DNA from: Octopus vulgaris
Taxonomy: Eukaryota
Length of the DNA stretch: 64,000 nt
Assembly: GCA_951406725.2 (NCBI GenBank)
Contig: OX597838.1
Coordinates: 27,404,001-27,468,000 of the forward strand
Direction of reading: 5' to 3'
Below the pieces are notes generated by a model. The model ran no database searches and had not been told where the DNA came from. It saw only the letters and a program-made list of their open reading frames with translations. Position numbers and translations under genes: made by a program. Each line of letters opens with the position of its first letter. The first letter of the stretch is position 1. Below are positions 13,580-27,040 of the stretch, one piece after another.

Positions 13580-13895
13580 CAAAGGGTCTCTACCATTTAT
13601 TTTATCTGTGGACCCCTTTGTTTATCATTTTATTCTGGTGGATCCCCGTAGCCATTCAATGTTTAAAAACTAAGACACTTCTTTCAAAATTCCTATTTTG
13701 CTATTCACACGTCTACTTGTAGAGGTTGGATTATGTAAAATGTTACAGGAAGAGCCCTAGTTATTTCTTGCAAGACCCACATATCAATTAGAACTTTTCA
13801 TGGACCCTTAAAATACTACTGGGGATCCCCAATTTACTATTTTGCAAGTATGGCGCCCCCAGAAATCTTATATGGACCCCGCTTGAGAACCACTG
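13580..13895. mobile_element. Second hAT/Charlie-type MITE abutting the first
   Basis: Ends caaagggtctctacc / cttgagaaccactg; flanked by acctagag and ccctagag (13896-13903); same family as 30624-30931 in the opposite orientation. Confidence 0.8.
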
Positions 13896-14004
13896 CCCTA
13901 GAGGAATGAAAGGAATGAAAGTAGAGTTAAGCAGGAATTGAACTCAGGACTGCAAGGAGCCAGAATGAATGCTGCCAAACATTTTATCTAATGATCTAAT
14001 GGTC

Positions 14005-14255
14005 ATGCCGGTGGCATGTGTAAAAGGATTCGAGCAAGGTCATTGCCAGTACTGCCTGACTGGCCCCCATGCCGGTGTCACGTAAAAAGCACCCACTACA
14101 CTCTCGAAGTGGTTGGCGTTGCAAAGGGCATCCAGCTTTAGAAGCTCTGCCAGATCAAGATTGGAGTCTGGTGCAGTCATCTGTTTTGCCAGCCCTCGGT
14201 CAAAATCGTCCAACCCATGCTAGCATGGAAAGTAGACATTAAACGATGATGATGA
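14005..14255 (+). mobile_element. SINE-like family 3 ((GAT)n tail, RTE-like motifs)
   Basis: gccggtgtcacgtaaaaagcacccactacactctcgaagtggttggcgtt...gggcatccagc...ttaaacgatgatgatg. Confidence 0.8.
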
Positions 14256-14339
14256 TCTAAAGAGCTTGCCACCTCAATAATCATTGGCATACAAACCTCT
14301 TAACACATGGTATAAAAGGATAAAGCTCCTTATTGTGTT

Positions 14340-14570
14340 ACATAGGGTCATAAGGCTGGTTTCCCTGTTTCTGTGGCATACATACTCCCTTCCTGGATTG
14401 GACGCCAGTCTGTCACTGGATCCCTTTTTTTTTTTTTTCACCAGAGTTAACTGGAGCAACATGAAATGAGGTGTTTTGCTCAAGAATGAAACACTTTGTC
14501 TGGTCCAGGCATCGAAAGTACAGTCTTACGACCGTGAGTCCAACACCCTAACCACTAAGCCATGCGCTTC
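14340..14570 (-). mobile_element. SINE family 4
   Basis: Minus strand gcatggcttagtggttagggtgttggactcacggtcgtaag plus CORE-like cttgagcaaaacacctcatttcatgttgctccag. Confidence 0.8.
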
Positions 14571-15109
14571 AACTTAACCACGCAGCTATGTGCTATAATT
14601 TGTGTTAGTAGCAAATATGGATTTAACACAATCAATCGACATTTGAATCGGGGTAATGATGACATTGTCGAGGCATTTGTTTGTTGTTTTTGTTCTCAGT
14701 GTTCAAGTTCAGCTTTGTAAGCTGTTGTGATGGGAAAAACAACAACCACAACAGCGACGACAACCTTCACTTCAAAGAACGAGAAGAAATAGATTGAAAA
14801 AAAAAAGAAAAGGAAGAAAGAAGTGGTTCTGCTTTTCCAATTCATGTTACCTTGAGGAATGGAAATAGAAAAGAAAAACAGGTGCATGTTTATGGTTAGA
14901 CTGACTCATATGTGCAATGACGTAACCTACAGGCTTGCAGACAGACAGACAGACAGACACATGTTGATATGCATACGCGTACTCACACGTTCACAGACAG
15001 CCACACACACACATGCATACGGCAATGCACTCACACACACATTCATTGGAACACTTACACACACCTTCCTTCTCACAGACAGGCTCGCCCCCGTGTATGT
15101 GTAGTTATG

Positions 15110-16057
15110 AATATATATATCTATATATATATATATATATATATAATACATATATGCGTGTGTGTGTATATGTGTATATGTATATATGCATGTATGTATG
15201 CTTGTATATATACATATATATATGTATACATACATTTTTATGTATGTATATATATATATGTATATATGTGTATATATATATACATATATATATATGTATA
15301 TATGTGTATATATATACATATATATACATATATATGTATGTATATATATGTATATATATGTATATATATACATATATATATATATGTATGTATAGGTATA
15401 TATGTATATGTATAGGTATATATGTATATATATAGGTATATATGTATATATATATGTATATATATGTATATATATAGGTATATATGTATATATATATGTA
15501 TATATATGTATATATATATGTATATATGTATATATATGTATATATGTACATGTATATATATGTATGTGTGTGTGTGTGTGTGTATCCACATATACTGCAG
15601 CACACACATGCAGTGACATGCTTGCAAGCATTGACAGACAAACTAACATGCATACACACTCATTGATACAGACAGCAGTGTACATGTGCACACGCACACA
15701 CAAATGTACAGAAGCACATGCTTGAGGTGACACTAACATACTAACACGCAAGCTCTTGTGCATGCGTATGCACATGCACATACATGTGCTCCAACGCACT
15801 CGTGCCTGCATTCGTCTGCTTACATGGACACCGGTGCAGTTAATGAAGACGTGCACACGCACACACATTGACACATATGTGCACAAACACGCACACATGC
15901 GCGCTCTGACCTACCTTTACATCCTCACATGGACACGCAAACACACAGATGCATACGCATGCCCTGACACATACTAACACAGTTTACATAGACATACAGT
16001 CACGCATTTGTGCAAACACACACACACACCAACATACTCAGACAAATATGCCTCTAG

Positions 16058-16095
<38 letters not shown>

Positions 16096-16425
16096 CAACA
16101 TACTCAGACAAATATGTCTCCAGATACACACACACATACACACATCAACATACTCAGACAAATATGTCTCTAGATACACACACACACACACATACACACA
16201 TCAACATACCCAGACAAATATGTCTCTAGATACACACACACACACACACACACACCTACACTGATATGCTAACACAGCATAGACATGTACTTACACATTT
16301 GCACACACACACAGCAACATACTCAGACACTTATATACCTAAATACACACATACACACACACATGTCTACACTGATATGCTTACACAGACACATACTAAC
16401 AGCATAGACATGTACCAACACATTT

Positions 16426-16464
<39 letters not shown>

Positions 16465-16625
16465 TACACTGATATGCTTACACAGACGCATACTAGCACA
16501 GCATAGACACGTACTTACACATTTGCACACGCACACACACATGCACAGGAACATACTCAGACACTTATGCACCTAGATACACACACACACACACACACAC
16601 ACTCACGCACACACACACACACACA
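15110..16625. repeat. TA/TG microsatellites and CA-based higher-order minisatellites
   Basis: catcaacatactcagacaaatatgtctctagatacacac recurs about 4 times at 16028-16240. Confidence 0.9.
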
Positions 16626-16974
16626 TTATCCAGCACACCCATACCTTCCCTCTGTTCAGTTCAGTTCAGTAATTGTTGTTGTTGTTGTTATTGCTGTCAG
16701 ATGTCTCTCAATGGTTATCTAATGGACCCTATACAATTAATATAACAATCTGTACGAGCTTCAACTCGGTAACAATAACGATATAATATAATGTAATTTA
16801 ATGTAATATGGTCCAATATAATATAATATAATATAATATAATATAATATAATATAATATAATATAATACTGTGATGGGAAAACAGTTAACAGCAAAATGT
16901 ATCTCCCCCCTCAGAGGTCACACTCTGATTTCCAATTCATACATATCTATACATATATATTGACCTGATCAGAT

Positions 16975-17055
16975 AACTGCAACTATTACTAGTATTACTG
17001 CTGCTGCTGCTGCTACTACTACTACTACCACCACCACCACCACCACCACTAGCGT

Positions 17056-17090
<35 letters not shown>

Positions 17091-17428
17091 TCATCACCAC
17101 TGCTACTACTACCACCACCACCGCCACTAGCGTCTCTACTACTACTACTACTCCCATCACCACTGCTACTACTACTACTACTTCTACTATTACTACTACT
17201 ACTACTACCATCACCACTGCTACTACTACCACTACTACTACTCCCACTAGCGCCACTACTACTACTACTACTCCCATCACCACCACCACCACTACTACTA
17301 CTACCACTTCTGTTGCTGCTACTACCACCACGACCACCACTGCCATCATAACCCCTTCTACTGCTGCTACTATTACTACTACTACTCCTACTATCACCAC
17401 CACCACCACTACTACTAGTACTACTTCT
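16975..17428. repeat. Degenerate (ACT/ACC/GCT)n trinucleotide tract
   Basis: Seen directly; no splice context. Confidence 0.9.
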
Positions 17429-17827
17429 GTTGTGTCTAGCATTGTAAAATATGTGTAAAATTTTGGCAAGCCAAACCGTTTTACTTTTTAACTTCCCACC
17501 GCTAACAACCTTCCCCCAAAGAAACGAACAATGCTAAAAGGAAGGTTATTTCCTATTTCCCCTGAAAAAAATTCTCGAGAAAAAAAAAAACAATCAGCAA
17601 TTATGAAAAAAAACATTCATATACATACAATTGCACCCCTGCCACACACATGCTGATGTACATTAAAATTATTGTTGATATTCTCGTTATGGTAGAAAAA
17701 TGACAGAGCACTAAACTAAATCCTCTTCATCATCATCATCATCATCTCTTCCTCTGCCCTCCCACCCTGTCTCCTTCCTCAGCTTCCTCGTCACCCACCT
17801 ATGTCTTCCCCTTCTTTCTCTCCTTCT

Positions 17828-18227
17828 TATTTCTTTCATTGCCCACAAGGGGCTAAACATAGAGGGGACAAACAAGGACAGACAAAGAGATTAAGTCGAT
17901 TACATCGACCCAAGTGCGTAACTGGTACTTAATTTATTGACCCCGAAAGGATGAAAGGCAAAGTCGACCTCGGCAGAATTTGAACTCTGAATGTAAAGAC
18001 AGACGAAATGCCTATTTCTTTACTACCCACAAGAGGACAAATAAGGACAGACAAATAGACTGTTGATTATATCGACCCCAGTGCGTAACTGGTACTTATT
18101 TAATCGACCCCAAAAGGATGAAAAGCAAAGTCGACCTCGGTGGAATTTGAACTCAGAACGTAGCGGCAGGCGACATACTGCTAAGCGTTTCGCCCGGCAT
18201 GCTAACGTTTCTGCCAGCTTGTCGCCT
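17828..18227 (-). mobile_element. Family-2 SINE with internal tandem dimer
   Basis: Two copies of gtgcgtaactggtactta..ccccgaaaggatgaaaggcaaagtcgacctcgg; junction agacgaaatgcctatttcttt at 18001-18021. Confidence 0.9.
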
Positions 18228-18669
18228 TTCTCTCCTCTTCCCTTTTTCTCCTTGCTTTCATCATCATCTTCTGTCGCCCAGCCTCCTCTCCTCTTCCTCA
18301 AGTTTGTCATTATCATCAAAAAGAAGCAAAGACCTCAGCCATCAAGCCATCACTTGCGAGGGAATATGACTTTATGGCATGTCCCATGCTTTCATCGATT
18401 GTTTTGACATGTACCTGTGTAGTCCCGAGAAGATTTAGACATCATCTCATCTCTCCCACCTTTGAATGAACAGAGCTTCTAGAGAGAGCGAAGGAGAGAC
18501 TGGTCAGCACTCGACTGGTACAGCTGCAATGTAAATTGAAGTGTGATGCTCAGTGATAGGACATGCCACCCAGGTCCAAGAATTCAACCCACAACCTTAA
18601 GATTGTGAGCCTAACACCCTTAACCATCAGGCCACACCCTCTCTATTGACTATAATTGGTTTGCTAGAT

Positions 18670-18906
18670 CTCTATTACATTCTTCGTCGCTGCAAGTGGA
18701 AGCTGGTAACTACAATTAACTCTAAAAGAAGAGAATGTTCTTGTAGAAGATTTCCGGATTTCAAATAGTCCTGTCAGCTCTTCAGTTGCTGTCGGAAGTC
18801 TCATTGTTAGACATTTGCTTTGATTCCGTTCGGTGAAATTTTGTAAAGTTGTCAGGTCGAACGAATAATATTGGAAATGATTTTTACCGAACATTAAACT
18901 AAGAAT
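18670..18906 (+). promoter_or_regulatory. Candidate CpG-retaining promoter / non-coding first exon ending at a GTAAGT donor
   Basis: Unique sequence with nine CpGs in about 250 bp in a CpG-poor window; AAT|gtaagt with GT at 18907; only tiny uORFs. The 5' boundary is a guess. Confidence 0.3.
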
Positions 18907-19492
18907 GTAAGTCTGGAAGTAAATAGATGTAAAAAGAGAAAGAGAGAGAGGGGGAGAAACTGGAGTGATCGAGTGTACTTTATTATTTTCAGAACATTGA
19001 AACTGTCCTTGTAAGTTACCAAACTTATATGTGATTCCTGGAAGGAATTACTGTCGGTTGATTATTACTGTTTTATATTTCTTTGTTCCGCGTTTTCTTG
19101 CATCACTAATGTCTTCTGTCCTAAAACTTCGGGATGTCACTGTTAATCCTGTATTTTCTCTCAAACTAAATTATCTACTTAATTCTTCTCTTCTTGGGTT
19201 AGCGTAGTTAAGTGTTAGGCGGAATCATAAAAGATGAAATAGCAAAAGAGAAAGTGACTGCGCTGACAGTTAATGCAAATTGCTGGAAGTTTATAAAGAT
19301 ACAGGTGCTCTGCGTGTTTAAGAAGTTCACTTTGTAACCATGTGGTTCTGGATTTTGGTCCCAATGCTCAGCACCTTGGACTTCTAAAATTTTTTACAGT
19401 CACCACAGAATGAGACATTGTGTTAACAACAAACAAGATGAGGACAAATATCTGTCAAATGTAAATAATGTACATAATTCCTCATCTCTTAA

Positions 19493-19713
19493 CCCTTTCA
19501 TTACCAACCCGGCTGAAACCAGCTCTAGCTCTGTAGTCCAAATGTCTTGTTTTCATAAGTTTTGAATTCAAATCTTCCACCAAACCTTAGTCACAATTTA
19601 TGTTCCTAACACTAGTTGAATGATAACTAAGTTATTTTACTAAATTCTTTGTTATATTTAAAATAATTGAAAGAAACACAGAGCATTGCAAAATAAATAC
19701 AGTAATGAAAGGG
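19493..19713. mobile_element. piggyBac-type MITE family A, 221 bp
   Basis: TTAA at 19489-19492 and 19714-19717; TIRs ccctttcattac / gtaatgaaaggg; splits the host motif cctcatctcttaa|(a)tatagaact, which is intact near 34293-34315. Confidence 0.9.
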
Positions 19714-20521
19714 TTAAGTATAGAACTGTATTAGGCCAACATTCACCCTGAAAGGAACAATAGTCTATTGCAAGGTTAACCATTTAGAGCTGAATGGACC
19801 AGAGCCACATAAAATGAAGTGCTTTTCTCAAGAGCACAACACACCACTGGTCTTGGAATTGAAACCACAATCTTGCGATCATGTGTGCAACAGCCTAACC
19901 ACTGGACTTACATGGCTTCACAATAATTACTATTATTTTATTTCAACTTTAGATTGAAGTTATGTTGTTGCAAAAAAAACAAAAGACTCCGATCATTCAG
20001 TCTGTCTCTGAACCGACCATGCCGGTCCAACTGACTGCCTTCAACCCCCCTACCCCACCCACCCACGCCCAGTTTACATAATAATAATTATTTTTAATAA
20101 TAGCAACAGTGACGATAATAGGTTGCACTAAATTTGGACTCAGTTTATTTTTTGTTCTAGTTATTAATCTTTGTTGCTGGACTTGTATCGATATTTCTGC
20201 TAGTCGTGTCGTTTCCTCCTTCTCAGTTCTATTAATGATTTAGTATGCACCAACTAAAATTAGCTGGTGTTGCCTTCTGTGAGAGCTATTTTCAGTTAAA
20301 GTTTTATAGTTTTATATACCAGCTCTGCTACTACTGTGGCTGCTCGTTCAACACTATGTTTGTCACCAGTGTTGTTTGATTTGATTTTCATATTTTTTTT
20401 ATGGTGTATCAATAGTTTTATGCTATTTTATGTAGGGGTTTTTTTTTTCCCTTGGTGATGGTGATGGTTTAAATCAAAATTTGCTCTGTGAAGTTTTTTA
20501 TGGAATTTTTTTTGATAATTG

Positions 20522-20656
20522 TGCAAGTTTGCTTCCTATCCCATGGTTCTGGATTCAGTCCCACTGCATGGCACCTTGGGCAAGTGTCTTCTATTATAGC
20601 CTTCAGACTAACCAAAGTCTTGTGAATAGATTTGATAGATGGAAACTGAAAGAAGC

Positions 20657-20724
<68 letters not shown>

Positions 20725-20965
20725 ATGGGCTTCTTTCAGTTTCCATTTACCAAATCTCTGTGTGTGGGTGTCTGTTTGTCCCCCTCCACCTCTTGACAAC
20801 CAGTGTTGTCCCTTTAACTTAGCTGTTCAGAAAAAGAGACTGATAGAATTAGTACCAAGTTTTTTAAAAAATAAGTACTGGGGTCGATTTGACTAAAGAA
20901 TTCTTCAAGGCTTTGCCCCAGCATGACTGCAGTCTAATGACAAAAACAAGTAAGGAAAAAAAAAG
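20522..20965 (+). mobile_element. SINE family 1 with an internal fold-back duplication
   Basis: Family-1 modules present; 20629-20660 is repeated inverted at 20725-20756. Confidence 0.8.
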
Positions 20966-20992
20966 AGGAAAAAAAGAGTATGTCTGTATGTA

Positions 20993-21033
<41 letters not shown>

Positions 21034-21041
21034 GTATATAT

Positions 21042-21250
21042 ATCAAAATAAGCAACAAGGATATCCAGAAGTAATGCATTACAATCGTTTCAAGAAACTC
21101 CATTTAATTGAACAATGAAATTATTACATCAATTTAAATGCAGAGCAATCCTCAGCTGCATAAAGACATAGATTGCATTGTACAATTAAATGGGGTTGCA
21201 TGAAACGATCATACTGCATTACCTCTGGATATCCTTGTTGCTTATTTGAT
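21042..21250. repeat. Long imperfect palindrome (~80-bp arms) embedded in (TA)n
   Basis: atcaaaataagcaacaaggatatccagaagtaatgca... is mirrored by ...tgcattacctctggatatccttgttgcttatttgat. Confidence 0.85.
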
Positions 21251-21342
21251 TTTAATCACCTTATTTTAAAATTGTATGGATAATACGGTACTAAATTCTG
21301 GTACCTCAACTTAAGTACCATATTCATCTGAAACTAAATTTT

Positions 21343-21397
<55 letters not shown>

Positions 21398-22008
21398 ACA
21401 CATGGCTTAGTGGTTTGGGTGTTCCATCTTGATTGCAAGATTTTGGTTTCATTTTGCATTATGTTCTTGAGCAAGACACTCACATGTAAATGGGTAACCT
21501 GGTGATGACTAGTGTCCCATTTAAAGGGAATGTTGGCCTACCCACCCACCCAACCATCAGGGTTGCATTGTTTGAAAGTGGCAACGATGTAAGGAAGTGC
21601 ATTGTGATCAGCAGTGTAAAACAGCATCTGATAATCTGCTTGATCGAGTGATATACATCATCATCATAATCGCTGTCAGCTCCATTTAACATCTGTTTTC
21701 TATGATGGTATGGTTTGGGATGCTTCTACAGGTGCCAGCAAGCTGCAGGACTGTGCCAAGTTCCACTGTCCACTTTGGCATGGCCTCCATAGTTGGCGGC
21801 TCTCCTTAATGCCAACCACTTTACAGAGTGTACTGGATGTTTTTTTTTTTATGTGGCACCAACACTAGTGAAGGCACCAAGCAGCCCTCCAGGAAGACCC
21901 CACTGAACTGGGTGCAACAGTGACATTCATTTACAATTATCACATGCTGTCAAGGCAAGGGAAACTCATATACATATAGACATACATACATACATGTCTC
22001 TCTCTCTC

Positions 22009-22052
<44 letters not shown>

Positions 22053-23021
22053 TCACACAAGGGGCTTCTTTTAGTTTCTACCTACCAAATCTACTCCCAG
22101 GGCTTTTGTTGGCTAGGGGCTATAGAAGACACTTAGCCAAGGGTTACTGTAGAAGACACTTGGTTCATCCCCCCAGTAGTTGAGGGGGGGGGGGGGCCCA
22201 AAATCATGGTCGGGAAGTAAACTTCTTAACCACACAGTTGTACCTGTGGATGTGTGTGTGTGTGTGTGTATACATACATAGAGAGGCACACACTCACACA
22301 TAGAAGGCTTCTTTTGTATTCTAGAGAAAAAGCAACAAAGTAAAACAGAAGGTTAATTCAAAAAAGAAAAAAAGTACCATCCAAAAGTAAAAGTATTGTG
22401 TGCAATTTTCATAAATCTACATATTCCCCCAGACATTTTCTAAGCATTCTTCATGAATTTAGGGACGAAATAAGAATGTTTTTGACAGCAATTAAATTTT
22501 CCCAAATGCTGCTTGTTAACATAATGCTTTTACAGTAGAATACTGTAAATTTTCCTTCATTAACTCAACAAAAGATTTTTCTAAAAATATTTTCAGCAAT
22601 ATCAATGTATAACACTTTGACACCATACTGACATTAATTAAAAAAATAAAATGGAAAAAAAAAAAAAAACCAGGAAAAAAAGGACATAAACACTAAAAGC
22701 AACATCAGTTTCTGCTAATTGGTATGCTGCTACTGGGCTGTGTGATAGTAGCATTATTACTGCTGTCTTAGTGTCTCTTTGGTAAAGACACTTTAGCAAT
22801 TGCTTGTTCTCTTTACATCGTCATCATTGCTGCTATCATTGTTGAAATCATCATCATCGTTGTCATAGTCGTTTTCTTATCTGGTTTTTCTATTTTGGTG
22901 TGGGTTGGACAGAACATACGAAGACAGTGTTCTCTGGCTGGATGCCTTCCCTGTCACCAACCCTTGATTTTTCAAAGAAGGTATTTCGTTCCATTGGTGT
23001 GGGTGTGTTTGTGTAGTCGTT

Positions 23022-23460
23022 GCAGACTTGGCTGTGTGATTAAGAAGCTGGCTTTCCCAATCGCATAGTCTCCGGTTCAGTTTCACCATGTGGTACTTTG
23101 GGAAAGTGTCTTATACAATATCCATGAGCCAGCCAATGCTTTGTGAGTGAATTTGGTAGATGGAACTGAAAGAAATACAGTGTGTGTGTTATGTATGCGT
23201 GTGTGTATGAGAGTGTGTGAGTGTGTGACTTCTTGATTTGACATCACACGAGAATTGTAAATGAATGTCACTGTCATACAAGCAGTGTCATTCATTGCCA
23301 GTTTTCTATGAAAAACATATCCATCCACAGGGAAATATTATCTTATTTGGAAACAGTTGACGGGTTGGTGACAGGAAGGGCATCCACCTATTATAGAAAA
23401 TCTGCCTCAGTAAACTCTATCCAACCCAAGCAAGCATGGAAAAGTGGACATGGAAGCAGT
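23022..23460 (+). mobile_element. SINE with family-1 head and family-3-like tail (chimeric subfamily)
   Basis: ggctgtgtgattaagaagctgg head, then gggttggtgacaggaagggcatcc...gcatggaaaagtggac; similar body at 3310-3550. Confidence 0.65.
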
Positions 23461-24794
23461 GACAATCGTGGTTATGTATTTTATTCATGCTATCACATCC
23501 TGATTCTGCCAAAGAATTACGTTAATGGTGTACATGTCTGTGGAATGCTCAACCACTTACAGAATAATTCAGTTGATTACACAAATGAATTCTTATCACT
23601 AAACAACAAAGAACTGTGTTTGTCTTGACGTTTTTCCTTTTACCCCCACCCCTATTTTGTTCTGCAGTATTCACTCCCAGTAGTCAGAGCATATCTTAAG
23701 GAGAGCTTTCCTTTCATTCAGTGGAAAAAAAGCAGAATTGTTTGGCCTTAGAGTTCCTTGGGTCAAGACTAAGATCCAGTCTTTCGTTGGCTTCCCGGAT
23801 GGGGTGGGGTGGGGGGAGAGATTGGTACACTGCTTGGAGAAATGCTCTAGGTGACCTGAGCGAATGCTGACAAATGGTGGATGCAGTGATGTACTGCAGC
23901 AGTGCATGCCCTCATCCCTGACCTGTGATATTCAGAATTGTTCTTCTGTCAGTACAGTACCCATTATTAGCATAACTTTTCCTGTGTTTGGTATATCAGT
24001 TGAATTTTAACCCGACTTGAATTGACTCCTGTCAACTCTTCATTCAAAACATCAGCTGACACGGTACTTTTAAATAACAATTACATTTATTTTATCTATT
24101 TTTTTGAAAGGCTTTCTCTTTCTTTTTAAACAACATCTTCAGGAAATATGTGTGTATGTATGTATGTGTGTGTATGTATGTATGAGAGAGAGAGTATATT
24201 ATGCACTTATTTGTACATGTATGCACTTCTTGTGTTGCTATTGTTACCGTGAGAATCAATACCGTGGATTTGTGAAGATCAGTAAATCAGACACATTGTG
24301 GTATTTTAGTAATTAGTTGGTGTAAAGTAGCAAGCTGGCAGAGATCTTTAGCACGATGGACAAAATGTAAATGGCATTTCTTCTCCATGTTTTGAATTCA
24401 AATTTCACCGAGGTCAGCCTTACCTGTCCATCCTTTCAGGGTTAGTGAAATAAAGCACCACTCAAATACTGGGGTCTGTGTAATCAGTTTATCCTCTCTC
24501 CTCAAAATTCCTGGCCTTGTGCCAAAACTAGAGGTGGTGCTCCAGCATGGCCACAGTCAAATGATTGAAACAAGTAAAAGAATTGGATTGGTAGACTCAT
24601 TACAGCACAAAGTTTGTGACAATATTTCTTTCGGTAGTTTACATTCTGTGTTCAATTCCTAATGAGGTTGAATGTGCCTTTCACTCTTTTGGGGTTGATA
24701 AAGTAGTGGGGTTGATGTAATCAATTTCTCCCCTCCCTTTAGAATTCAGTAGCTTCGTACCTAAATTAGAAAAAGTTAATTAGCTGTGTGAAGG

Positions 24795-25322
24795 TATAAG
24801 GCTTAGTGGTTAGAGCATTGGGCTCGCAATTATGAGGTAGTGAGTTCAATTTCCGGACCGGGCTGTGTGTTGTGTTCTTGAGCAAGACACTTTATTTCAC
24901 ATTGCTCCAGTTCGCTCAGCTGTAGAAATGCGTTGTGACGTCAGTGGTGCCAAGCTGTGCCAGCCTTTAACCCTTTAGTGTTCGTATTATTCTGCCAAAA
25001 TTAATGTATTTTCGTCCACATTGCTTTGAACTAATCATGAATTATCTTGTAGCTATGAGATTTCGATGAGGTAGCTGTTAATTTTTGAAACGATATTGTA
25101 GGGTTAGTGTGAGAGACCAGATCTGGCCAGTTTGAACATAAACCAGGCAGAATACTTTTGACCGGATATGGCCGGTTTAAATGCTAAAGGGTTAACTTTC
25201 TCTTGGATAACATCATCAGACACTGGTATCCTTAACCTTGCCCAGACTTGTGCCTTAGAGGGTAACTGTCTTGGTGCAATCCCATGGTCATTCTTGACCG
25301 AAGGGGGTCTTTAGCCTTTTAC
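24795..25322 (+). mobile_element. SINE family 4 variant interrupted by a piggyBac-type MITE
   Basis: ggcttagtggttagagc A box, gagttcaattt B box and CORE-like segment; tail ggtgcaatcccatggtcatt..gaccgaagggggtcttt also near 11095 and, inverted, near 43140-43200. Confidence 0.75.
24971..25191. mobile_element. piggyBac-type MITE family B, 221 bp
   Basis: TTAA at 24967-24970 and 25192-25195; TIRs ccctttagtgtt / aatgctaaaggg. Confidence 0.9.
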
Positions 25323-26129
25323 TCAATTAGCTGTATATGAGTTCAAGTCTTGCCCCTGTCAGCCCTTTTATGTCTTCTTCAACACCAGATATTACTTGGG
25401 TTTGATTACATTAACAGCACCATTGCTCCCTCTTTGAGAAACAGCCAACAAGGGAGCTTCTACATAGGAGTTCCTTTCTACTGGAAGCAATAGAAAATTT
25501 CTCTCATATTACATCAAACAAGGAAAAGACATTAGCTAATGTAGACCTGTCAAAGCTCTGCCTGGGCCCATAAATGGTTGTTTTTTCTTCTGTTTTTTTA
25601 TTATATTTATTTATTGTGAATCTAGTCTAGTTTGATGTAAGAAACCATTGTTATGTTCTGTGGTGTTTGCTGGACACAGACATTTTGCTAATGATGACAC
25701 ATAATTAATTACTCAGCTGGTTATAACTTTTCTTTTTTTCGCTTTTTGTTTTGTTATGATAAAAGATGGAAGCTGGCTTTTATATAGCATTGGTTTCCGA
25801 CTCAGTTGCATATAACATAAAAACAAAACAAAACAAAACGAAAAACCCCGACATCTTTAGACTAAATGTCATCATGACCTTAATCCATAATCCGTAGAGT
25901 GCTTTGAGAAGTTGGTTTCATTCTTGAGGTCAGATATTCATGATATGTTAGTTGAGGGCGAGGTGGTGGAGCATCCTTGAAACGGAAGACAATCTGCCAA
26001 AGTCTTTAAATATGTAAAGTGGTGGATTGGTAAAAACCATTCCAGTGAATATGTTTTGTAATCTCAATGGTTGGTAATCTCAGATCCCCTTTTCTTTCTT
26101 TTTTCCTTTCCTTTTTCATTTTTTGTTTT

Positions 26130-26500
26130 ATCTTTTACTTGTTTCAGTCATTTGACTGTGGCCATGCTGGGGCACCATCTTGAAGAGTTTTAGCTGTGCA
26201 AATCAACCGTAGGACCGATTATTTTTTGAAGCGTAGTACTTATTTTATCGGTCACTTACACTGGTGGTCAAGTGGTGGTGGGGAACTGACACAAACACAC
26301 ACACATGTACACACGCACACACACACACACATATACACGACAGGCTTCGTTCGGTTTGCATCTACCAAATCCATTCACAAGGCTTTGGTCAGCTCAAGGC
26401 TACAATAGAAAACACTTGCCCAAGGTGCCACACAGTGGGACTGAACCTAAAGCCATATGGTTGAGAAGCAAGCTTCTTACCACACAGCCATACCTTTGCC
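26130..26500 (-). mobile_element. SINE family 1
   Basis: cttttacttgtttcagtcatttgactgtggccatgctgg...cttgcccaaggtgccacacagtgggactgaac. Confidence 0.85.
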
Positions 26501-26990
26501 TATATTGTATTTTATACTTTTGGAGGTGTAAATTTAGTAATCCTTTGACATTTTATACTTAGGGTAAAGGTCTGGATAACCACTTCTCTCTCCCCTTACC
26601 TCGTTTATAAATCTGCCTATGAGGGTTCATCTTTGTACTGCTCAGACTGCTAGTAATAGTAGCTAAATTTCCTTCAAATCACAACTTACCATTTCAATTA
26701 AAACAGTCAAGATGTAATTGGATAATGCAAGTTCTAAATACGTGTCATAGAAAAAAAGATAGAGATGACCAAAGCTGAACGATAATTGATTGTAGGTCAC
26801 AGTTCTGCTTGCCCTCAGTTGGTTGGCCCAGGATATAACAGCACTCAAAATCTCAGGTCTCATATACATGTTAACAACTCAATCTTGAAATTGTTTTTTA
26901 TACTCATTCTTACTAAAATACACACACACACACACACAAACACTCTCTCTTCTCTCTCTCTCCCCCTCCCTATCTCTCTCTCCCCCTCCC

Positions 26991-27027
<37 letters not shown>

Positions 27028-27040
27028 ATAAATGAAGTAT

